This document shows positions 1 through 8,400 of a stretch of 64,000 bases of DNA, one piece after another. This stretch comes from a virus. The stretch's first letter is position 1. Each line of letters starts with the position of its first letter. The notes under the pieces were generated by a model. It did no database searches, was not told the DNA's origin, and saw only the letters and a list, made by a program, of their open reading frames with translations. Position numbers and translations under genes: made by a program. Location: IMG/VR virus record IMGVR_UViG_3300032286_001377, positions 32,001 to 96,000 of that record. One strand, given 5' to 3'.

Positions 1-55
1 CCATTTCAGTAAAAATCTTTTCAAAGTCTTTATTTTCATTATTTTCGTTTGACAT
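1..55 (-). CDS. 5' end of a hypothetical protein running off the window (MSNENNENKDFEKIFTEM...)
   Basis: ATG at 53-55 (minus) preceded by AGGA a few nt upstream, immediately after the nrdJ stop; frame open to the window edge. Confidence 0.6.
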   Translation of the reverse strand, partial: MSNENNENKDFEKIFTEM

Positions 56-61
56 TTTTTC

Positions 62-2176
62 CTATTGTTTAGCGTTTTCTTTCACAAACTTTATTTCGCA
101 ACTATCTGTTGTACAGTAGTTTTCGCCAATTGCATCGGCTGCCAACCCAGCATACACTCCAGTAAGATCAATTGGAAGTATATTTAGAGAAATTTGATTA
201 TATTCTTCTTCTGAGATCTGAGTATACGGCATTTGGGGATATGTAAAGTTTCCCTGAGGTAAGAATGATACAGTCTTGAGTTGTCCATCATACATATGAA
301 GAACAGTTCCGACATGATCTTTTTCTGTTTCTGAATCAAACGAAATTGTTACAGACACCGAATTATCTGACCAGTATCTTTGTGCTGCAGCGGCTAAAGC
401 CATTTTCTCAAAGATTGTCACATCTTTCTCTGATCTAAGTGCATCAGATTTTATCGGAAAGAACACAACAGATGTTGTAGCAGGAGACTCTGATGCGGGC
501 TCCACTCTATAATTTGCCATTCTAAAGAGCGGTAACATTGGATCATCATTAGAGAATCTAATTGCTCTCATGAAGTATTGGCCACCAGGAGTCCAGTGAA
601 CACCAGGAGATTCTCCTGCAAGGATAGAAACGGTACCAGAAGGCTTTACCGTAGTTGTTTTAATTGACTCACGAATACCAAGCCATTCGGAATAGATATT
701 ATCATATCTTTGAACAGTTAAATAACCTTGATCTAGCCACTCTCTTAAAGTTGGCATGCCGACTCGATCTGCAAAGTTTGCGACACCAGAAACTGAAGTT
801 CCAATTCTTCTATTTCTTTGCATAATTGCATTTGTCTCCTCCCAGTGAGTAGGAAGAAGTGTCACAGTCTTAGCATATAAATAGGCAAACTTTAAAGTTC
901 TCTTAAAGTCATCTAAAGAATCATGTCTATTAAGATAAGTCTCCACTAGTGTGCAGCATTCGTAAGATTCTAGAGACTGCTCTGCGCAAGGATTATATCC
1001 AGCTACACGCCAATCTTTATTGTTTGGAGCATCAGCCAATCTTCCATACTTACGCGACATGTCCATCCAGATAACACCTGGTTCACCATTTCTAGCAATA
1101 CCATCAACTATCTCAGAAAGATCTGAACCAACAGAAACCTCTACTGAGTTATTTGACATCCAGCCCCAACCAGGAGAATTTGGATCGTATGAATTTCTCT
1201 CAGGAAAACGGTCAGCATTCTTAAGATTCAGGAAATTATCATCGTCCAATCTTCCAATAAGTAACTCTGCAGATCTGCGCACATTACCAGATACAACACA
1301 TACTCCAATCGTATTGCCAATATCTGCAATATCTACTCTAGTGAGCTTTTCTCCCGCTCTCCCATCAAACATCTTTCTAATATGATCATGAAGTTTAATC
1401 AGAGGATCTGCACCAGCGGCTGTGCCTCCAAAAGTTTTAATCGGAGTTCCAGCTGGACGAATTTCAGAATAGTCAAAAACAACTGGATTTTGATCAGGCT
1501 TCAAATATGAATTTATTAACTGAACAGTTGAGTTAACCCAGCCCTCACGAGAATCTTCTATATTCTCAACAATTGTGGGCCTACTTGATTCGTAGATGAC
1601 AAAATCTTTATCAGCACCTTTGTCATCAAACCCAACGCCAACACCCAACATCGATGCTTCCATAAGGAAACCAAATGGCTTAGCTGGATTATTTTTTGTC
1701 ATTTCAGCTGTACTTACAAAAGCACAATTCTGAAGTGCTGCAGAGTTCTTCTGAACCATAACAATTGGAGTTCCCATTACCCACAGTCCACGGCCAGGAG
1801 GAGTCCACTTAAGATTAAATAGACGATCAAAAGCCTCTCTTGCTGATGACTGAGCCTTGATATCATTCCAAGGTAATCTACTCTTTTTGCAATGCTCTTT
1901 TTGCAGAGAGTACATTCCGTTAATCACTCTCTCACAAACATCGACCCAAGTTTCTTTTGTGCCATCATCTTTTAATCTAGAATAGGTACGCAAAAATGTT
2001 ATTTCACCTACAGAGTTACCAGCTGCGTCAGCATAACCGAAGGGGCTTTTTTTGGTTCTATAAGAATCAACAAAGTCTTCATTCAATTTGAATACTGTTG
2101 CAGATGTTATCTTAAAATAGTTTGTACTCACTTTATCTGCAGAAATTGAAATACTACCGACATTGTTGTCATCCAT
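62..2176 (-). CDS. nrdJ: Class II (adenosylcobalamin-dependent) monomeric ribonucleoside-triphosphate reductase
   Basis: Motifs PPGRGLW, NCAF, GVGVGFD, VVSGNVRRSAE, NPCAEQ (thiyl Cys), CCTLVE, TTVKPSGTVS, SDNSVSVT and C-terminal Cys pair YCTTDSC; no intein-sized insertion. Confidence 0.95.
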   Translation of the reverse strand: MDDNNVGSISISADKVSTNYFKITSATVFKLNEDFVDSYRTKKSPFGYADAAGNSVGEITFLRTYSRLKDDGTKETWVDVCERVINGMYSLQKEHCKKSRLPWNDIKAQSSAREAFDRLFNLKWTPPGRGLWVMGTPIVMVQKNSAALQNCAFVSTAEMTKNNPAKPFGFLMEASMLGVGVGFDDKGADKDFVIYESSRPTIVENIEDSREGWVNSTVQLINSYLKPDQNPVVFDYSEIRPAGTPIKTFGGTAAGADPLIKLHDHIRKMFDGRAGEKLTRVDIADIGNTIGVCVVSGNVRRSAELLIGRLDDDNFLNLKNADRFPERNSYDPNSPGWGWMSNNSVEVSVGSDLSEIVDGIARNGEPGVIWMDMSRKYGRLADAPNNKDWRVAGYNPCAEQSLESYECCTLVETYLNRHDSLDDFKRTLKFAYLYAKTVTLLPTHWEETNAIMQRNRRIGTSVSGVANFADRVGMPTLREWLDQGYLTVQRYDNIYSEWLGIRESIKTTTVKPSGTVSILAGESPGVHWTPGGQYFMRAIRFSNDDPMLPLFRMANYRVEPASESPATTSVVFFPIKSDALRSEKDVTIFEKMALAAAAQRYWSDNSVSVTISFDSETEKDHVGTVLHMYDGQLKTVSFLPQGNFTYPQMPYTQISEEEYNQISLNILPIDLTGVYAGLAADAIGENYCTTDSCEIKFVKENAKQ

Positions 2177-2870
2177 TACTAGCTCCTAGTTTTCTAATAT
2201 ACTTTTGATTTGTTTTATTTAGTTCCGCTGTTTTAATTTTAACTATTTGATCCATCGAATAAACTTTATGAACCTGCTTCTCAAAGAAGTATCCACTTCT
2301 CCAATTCAATACCTTATCTATATTTAATTTATGATTGATAAACATATTACAGATAACCGCACCACCGTACGCTCTAACAAGGTTTATCAATTTTTTCTCA
2401 AGTGATTCATCTATTCCATCAATCTGACTGCTGTTAGCTTTATCGTGAAGCCAGTTATATGCTTGACGAGTTATCGGTGAAACATCAATAGGATCAATAA
2501 CTCCAATGCTGAGTATGTTATTCCGACTTTCTGAAATAATTATATCTTCTTTAATTACCGTTAACAACATGTCGAACCAATCGTTTTCATGAAACTCTTT
2601 CCAACCAGTACACCAAAATAAAAGATTGCTTACTGGATCTGGTATCGAAGTTTTTTTCACTAACGGAAGGAGCACTGCACAAGAGATTGCTCTCTTGACA
2701 TGCTCTACTGCCAGGTTCTTATCTTTAAACTTGTTCATTGCATTGGAGAACAAGTCATCAATATGTTTAGCCCAATTACTTTCTCCAACATATAGATCTA
2801 AATATTTCTTAGAAACAGTTCCAGGAAGAGATCCTGATGTAACTGCAGTTTTCATATCTTCGGCTAACAC
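2169..2870 (-). CDS. Hypothetical protein, 233 aa, apparently co-transcribed with nrdJ
   Basis: GTG start with AAAGGA upstream; overlaps nrdJ start by 8 nt; no motif recognised. Confidence 0.75.
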   Translation of the reverse strand: MLAEDMKTAVTSGSLPGTVSKKYLDLYVGESNWAKHIDDLFSNAMNKFKDKNLAVEHVKRAISCAVLLPLVKKTSIPDPVSNLLFWCTGWKEFHENDWFDMLLTVIKEDIIISESRNNILSIGVIDPIDVSPITRQAYNWLHDKANSSQIDGIDESLEKKLINLVRAYGGAVICNMFINHKLNIDKVLNWRSGYFFEKQVHKVYSMDQIVKIKTAELNKTNQKYIRKLGASNG

Positions 2871-2928
2871 ACTTAATCCTTTAAAATGATTTATAAATCT
2901 GATAAAAGGTATATACTTACCCCTAGAA

Positions 2929-2961
2929 TAGATAAACCCCGCCCTAAGGCGGGGCCATCTA
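2929..2961 (-). terminator. GC-rich hairpin, terminator-like or leader structure
   Basis: Minus strand CCCCGCC-TTAG-GGCGGGG (2937-2954), extendable via TAGATGG/TTTATCTA, followed by a weak U-tract TTTATCTATT. Confidence 0.6.
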
Positions 2962-2979
2962 CTGCTGGCCTATACGTGT

Positions 2980-3008
2980 ATTATACCACGTACTGGTCAA
3001 GCTGTCAG
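2980..3008 (-). promoter_or_regulatory. Sigma70/SigA-type promoter
   Basis: Minus strand CTGACA (3003-3008), 17-nt spacer, TATAAT (2980-2985) with extended -10 TGnTATAAT; intergenic, pointing toward the hypothetical-nrdJ genes. Confidence 0.8.
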
Positions 3009-3016
3009 ATTATTAT

Positions 3017-3217
3017 TCAACTCTTTAAAAAGGCAGCACTTTCTGGATCTCCAACCTTGGAAGCGGCGATTCCTTTAATCGCAGCGATAACCGCTGCGGC
3101 TGCGGCAACACCTGCAGACTTTAAAGATGACACATCAGTAATAACAAAAACGGCAAGGAAAGCCTGTACAGCTGTCCAAAAAGTTCTTTCAATTATATCT
3201 TTAGTCAATTTACTCAT
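3017..3217 (-). CDS. Holin, r1t-like family
   Basis: 66 aa with two hydrophobic segments; DIIERTFWTAVQAFLAVF resembles the ERAxxTxxQ N-terminus of r1t-type holins common in actinobacteriophages; AAAGGA RBS. Confidence 0.7.
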   Translation of the reverse strand: MSKLTKDIIERTFWTAVQAFLAVFVITDVSSLKSAGVAAAAAVIAAIKGIAASKVGDPESAAFLKS

Positions 3218-3229
3218 ATATTTTTCCTT

Positions 3230-3517
3230 TTAGTTTTGAAATAATTTTCTAAGCGACTTCTCTATAAGAAGATGAAAGGTTAAACCTAACCACACTCCGA
3301 CTGTAATACTTCCAATAATAGGTTTTTCTGTTGTTCTCCAAAAGAATTTTGTTAATGTTTCAATTCTTTTGGTTTTTATAGCATACGCATCGTATGCCAC
3401 TACCCCTACAACAATCGCCAACCAACCTAAAAATCCACTCAAAGATGTTTTCTCAAGGATGAGCGGTTCATCAATTAGGTCAGAGAGCGCGCGCCGAAGG
3501 GAGACCTCTGTACTCAT
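3230..3517 (-). CDS. Small two-TM membrane protein (possible lysis accessory)
   Basis: WLAIVVGVVAYD...ETLT...W...VWLGLTFHLL pattern resembles small membrane proteins found beside lysis/tail genes in actinobacteriophages (recalled similarity, not searched). Confidence 0.6.
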   Translation of the reverse strand: MSTEVSLRRALSDLIDEPLILEKTSLSGFLGWLAIVVGVVAYDAYAIKTKRIETLTKFFWRTTEKPIIGSITVGVWLGLTFHLLIEKSLRKLFQN

Positions 3518-4103
3518 TTACTTTATTTTTTCCATAAGCGTTATTGTATCCAACAGGTAGGCCCTGTCCGTATCCACTAGTAAATACTGTAGTGCTTGTT
3601 ACACCATGGAATTCTTCGGGAATAAAATATCCAAATGAGCTAGCAACACCAGCTGAACCATATGCTCTAACTCCATGGCCAACATTAGTCATAACATCAG
3701 CAGATGGGACACCATCAAACTTAAAGTTACTGTATAGCGAATAACGACTTACAGCATTTGCGTCATGACCATATCCACTGGTGAAAGCTGCAGCTCCAGC
3801 AAGTCCTTTGTATTCAAGGGGGCGATATCTTGAACCGGTATACTTAGAGCCATTTTGGAATGTCCCAGAAAGAGGGTGAACATAAAGAACTGTACCGTTA
3901 AAGATTTGCGAAAGCAGTCTGTTACCAGGATACTTTCCAGTACCTGGGATGTAGTTATTGTCAGGCGCACCATCTAATACGTGAGATGTGCTCCAGTTCT
4001 CCCAAAAAGAATACTTACCAACAGTCCCCTTATAGGGGTGAACCATTCCGGCGGTAGTCCGTCCCTTCAGAACTGGTCTAGGCCCTACATAAAAAGTTGC
4101 CAT
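3480..4103 (-). CDS. Gly/aromatic-rich protein with internal repeats, probable virion protein
   Basis: 207 aa, strong AAGGAG RBS; four copies of [EK][YF]xG[LV]; lies at the end of the structural module. Confidence 0.6.
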   Translation of the reverse strand: MATFYVGPRPVLKGRTTAGMVHPYKGTVGKYSFWENWSTSHVLDGAPDNNYIPGTGKYPGNRLLSQIFNGTVLYVHPLSGTFQNGSKYTGSRYRPLEYKGLAGAAAFTSGYGHDANAVSRYSLYSNFKFDGVPSADVMTNVGHGVRAYGSAGVASSFGYFIPEEFHGVTSTTVFTSGYGQGLPVGYNNAYGKNKVNEYRGLPSARAL

Positions 4104-4161
4104 CTTATTTCTCCTTATTAGAAATCATATGAATATAGTAATTTTAATTTATGGTTTTAAC

Positions 4162-5415
4162 TTAAATATATTCAATAATTAAATCACTCAAAACCGGAGG
4201 AGTTTTATCATCTAGCATATTTAAAGTAATTTCAATCCAAACAGCGTTTGATGCACCAGGGTTAGAAGTAGTATAAACACCAGCATCACTGTAAATCACC
4301 CTATAAGAAAATGCGGTTGACAAAAGACTCTGAGGAACATTGTAAATTTTTGGTGTAACATTAGTAATCTGAGAAATAACATCACCATTCGTTGGTGAAA
4401 ATTTAATAATAGTTTTACCAGAAGTCAAATATTTATCATATCTAATATCAAGATCAGATAGACCATAAGTATAAACATATTTGCTTAGCTCTTGGAAATA
4501 ATTTCTCTGTATAAATTTTATTCTGATAGCTGTTATATCTAACTCAGAAAAAACGAAAGCCAATGGAGGAGAATTTCTTATAGCATCTGCCGCAACAACA
4601 TCCCAGCCACCAGGGGGAACCTTTCCTATTGCAGATAATTCACCATCATAATATCCAAATCTGTTTAATGGAAGCCATCCATCGCCGGAGTTAAGACCAG
4701 GATTCTGCTTAGTGGTATATTCAACAGATAAAATATCGGTACCAAAAGTAGGGTATGGATTAAATTTAATCATATTAGTTTTTGCCGAACCGGATGACTC
4801 ATTCGGCACTTTTATATAAAGCCACATTTGAGCCCCTGCTGGAGAACTACTAGAGGAAATAATATTTCTTTTCCATATCTTCTCTGGTGAGTCCAATATC
4901 GCATTATAAATTGGAGTAGTATCAATTACTGCACCAGATGTGTCAACACCAGGAAGATTATTTTCAACCTTAGCTTTAAAGAAGTCAGGTATTATCTGTC
5001 CCGCATTGGCGCTAGAAAACTTTAATTTACTAAAAGAACTACTAGCAACTTTTGGTAAAGTAATAATATTATAAATAGGATCAAAACTTAAAAGATCTGT
5101 TGTAGAAACAGCAAAAGATGTATTCACAAAAGAAGAATAGTCTAACTGACTAAAAGAATGAATAGATATTACATTTGAAGCGGACTCTAAAGCTTGAATT
5201 CTGTCATCTAAATCTTTGATAGCTGCAGCAAGAAATTGGTGATCTTTTAATACTCTTTCAAAAGCTTGAGAAAGCTTATTATCAATGATATCACTCTTGT
5301 TATATAGATATACTAAATCTTTATAATTCTCTTCGATACGCGCATTGTAATCTGAGCTTTCTACTGGACCATTATATTGATAGTCTCGTTTTTTAGTATT
5401 TAAAATTTCACTCAT
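4162..5415 (-). CDS. Virion structural protein (fibre-like paralog family): N-terminal coiled coil plus beta-sandwich
   Basis: 417 aa; N-terminal GPVESSDYN...DL heptad region; YVYTYGL and C-terminal TPPVL motifs shared with the 713/734/877-aa neighbours. Confidence 0.65.
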   Translation of the reverse strand: MSEILNTKKRDYQYNGPVESSDYNARIEENYKDLVYLYNKSDIIDNKLSQAFERVLKDHQFLAAAIKDLDDRIQALESASNVISIHSFSQLDYSSFVNTSFAVSTTDLLSFDPIYNIITLPKVASSSFSKLKFSSANAGQIIPDFFKAKVENNLPGVDTSGAVIDTTPIYNAILDSPEKIWKRNIISSSSSPAGAQMWLYIKVPNESSGSAKTNMIKFNPYPTFGTDILSVEYTTKQNPGLNSGDGWLPLNRFGYYDGELSAIGKVPPGGWDVVAADAIRNSPPLAFVFSELDITAIRIKFIQRNYFQELSKYVYTYGLSDLDIRYDKYLTSGKTIIKFSPTNGDVISQITNVTPKIYNVPQSLLSTAFSYRVIYSDAGVYTTSNPGASNAVWIEITLNMLDDKTPPVLSDLIIEYI

Positions 5416-8400
5416 TTACAATCCACTCTCTAGTCTTTGTACTGTTTTAAGTATTCTAGCAAGTTGAGCACTCAATTTATTCATTGTATCAACTTTAACA
5501 ATAGTACCATTCAATTGGTAGTAATTAGCAATTTCCTGTATTTCATCTTGAGTTAAAGCTCTTCTCCAAATAGCAGCACCGAAGAACTCAAAATCAACTC
5601 CAGATGTAACATCAGATCTTGCCCCAACCCTTAAAGGATAAGAGTTGGCTAAAGATCCTACGGAAACATCGGTAGCTTTATTATCAAAAGTTCCATTAAC
5701 ATACACACTAAATGAATCAGAAGTTACATCATGAACAAAAATATAATTAGTCGCATTCTCGATAAAAGTTTTACTTGGAGTAGTAGTAGATCCGCCAACT
5801 TGACCTGAAAGGTTACCTTTAACATTCAACATAACAGAATTATCTGACGCATTAGTCATTATTTCATATCCGGGATTAGTTTGATTATCACCTTTACTGA
5901 GAAGTCTTGAGTATCCCGCTATATTATTCCAAAATCTAGCTGAAAAGAAAATTGTATAAGAATCTTTTATACCGAAATCTAGAAGAGAATTATCTGGAGT
6001 TTCTAACCAAGTGGTTCCACCACCCATCAATAGTGTTGGACGAGTAACAGCAACTGTTTTCTTATTAGTATTAGATCTAACAATAGCTCCTGCTTGAGTT
6101 GGATTAGCTGCATCTAAATAAAATACTGCCTCCTTCAAAAGTGCAGTAGAAGCGGCCGTTATTGTGCCAGAATAGTGAGCATTGATTAATGCTACCTCTG
6201 CTGTCGATAAAGCTTTTCTAAAAATAAGACCTGCATAGAATTCAAAGTCTTGATAGTTAGAAAGCGAAGCTCCACCATTCACGCCAATTCGGACAGTATT
6301 CCCATTGGACAAGTTTCCAATAGTTGTTGTAGGTGAAGTGGCGCTAAACGTATTGTTAGAAAATGTTTTAATTGTGTTATTAGATCTATTAACTATTCCA
6401 CCAAACACACTAAAGGCTCCAGCAGTTACTGCAGGTCCCGTCTGGTTAGCTGCATTAGTTCCATCTCCAATAAAAAATCCAGGACTTACAGATGTAGTAT
6501 CATTAGAAAGGCTCCATCCCTGAGCTGCTGCACCTCCGCCCTTGCAAATATATCTACCATAACTTGCAGCAGTCCCCCACTGCCTCACCACTGCTACAAC
6601 AGAAACAGATTCAGTGTAGCTGAAATCTAGATTAGCATTATCTGCTATTTCCATATAGCTATTAGAACCAAAGAGCCAACATGGACGGCAAACAGCTACT
6701 GTCTTTTTACCACTAGTTCCTCTAGTAATTGTTACCGTAATATTATTTGCTGACTCAGTAAAAGTAGATTGAACAGTAGAGGATAAACTGGTAGCAAAGT
6801 TAATATCAAAAACTTTTGTTCCGCCTATACCATTTCGCCAAATAGCTCTATAAAATTTACCTGCGGCTACAGTATTTGCATTTCCACCAATAACCACACC
6901 TGGAGATGATGCTAAAACCGGAAATGCAGTAACACCAAGCTGAGAAACAGTTGAACCTAATTGAACCCAAGAAGTCGGCTCTGTAGTCTGATCCTCTGCA
7001 TAATAAAACTTTAAATCATGTCCACCTAAACCATTATCGACATCTATAGTGACTTTAAGCCAATAAGCTTTGCCGTCAACAAAGTTTCCAGGGACAGTAG
7101 ATTCTCTTGCCATCAAAGTAGAGTTTGACCCAGTTGGAAACCATTTTAAAAGAAGCTTTCCAACACCTGTTACCATAAATGTAAAACCACGGTTAGGGTC
7201 AGTGGATTCTCTTTCTATCAAAGTATGATTTAAACCACTAGTCCAATCATCTATCGCAACCCTACAAACTAATTCCATATCACCAGTAACATTAAATGCG
7301 GCATTAAAAGCTACATCCGCACGATTACCTGAAACTCCTGGAATATATAAATAATTCTCACCCGTATGAGCCAACCATTTCGGATCCGTAGTTGATGTTG
7401 AATTTGCAGTAATAGCGGCAGTATTATCTGGACCAAAAGTTGCTCCTGGACGAGCATTTAAAACCGCTCCTCCAGAACCTAGATTTTGCAAGTATAATGG
7501 TTTATCAACGCTATTCTTTGTGACTGTAGGTAAATCTATTATTTTTTGAGATCCACTAGAAATTGCTTTAGTAAAATTAACATCAGAAACTGTAGCTCCA
7601 CCAATACCATTTCTGACAATAGTTCTAAATACTTTTCCAGCAAAAGGTCCAGTATTAGAGTTTACGTTTCCTATTCCATAGATTCCACCTATTTCGAGGA
7701 AACTTGTATTAGGAGAAATTGAAGTAATGTTTGCGGTAGTTACAGGACCACCTATTTGAGTCCAAACTGTTGGCTCATCAACTTGATCTTCAGCATAATA
7801 AAAGCATACATCATTTCCACCAGTGCCATTATCTACATCTACAGTAACTTTAATCCAATATGTAGTCTTATCCACAAATGGAGGTATAGATGGACTAGAT
7901 TTAGAAAGAAGTGAACCACCAGCACCATCGGGAGCAATTCTAACATTTAGTCTTCCTGTATCAAGAATAGATAACGCAAAAGATCTCTGATTAGCATAAG
8001 GTCCAGTTGCATGTGTATTATACTTACCAAAAAAATACTGCTCAGTTGCTGGCGTCCAATCATCCGCGGCAACCCTGCAAACAAATTCAATATCTCTATT
8101 TCTTTCAATGCGAGCATTATTTAAAATACCAACTGAATACGCATTAAAAGAAGACTCCATGAATGAAGAGCAGAATTGTAGCTGTCTAGTAAAGTTAACA
8201 TTTACTACTTCAGATCCACCTATCCCATTTTTAATAATAACATTAAAAATCTTACCGCTAAAGGCATCAGCTGCGCCGCTATAATATGCGCCTATCGCCA
8301 ACTGCTCAGAGTTTACACCAAGACTAATATTACCAGTGCTATTTCCTGATCCTGAAATAGTAGAACCTATTTGAATCCATGTAGTTGGCTCAGAAGGTTG

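Noticed and set aside
62-2176. Intein or intron in nrdJ
   Set aside because: Length and motif spacing fit an uninterrupted monomeric class II enzyme; no splice motifs seen
2871-2975. Cobalamin riboswitch or NrdR box upstream of nrdJ
   Set aside because: The leader is only ~100 nt, lacks B12-box elements, and shows no convincing NrdR palindrome
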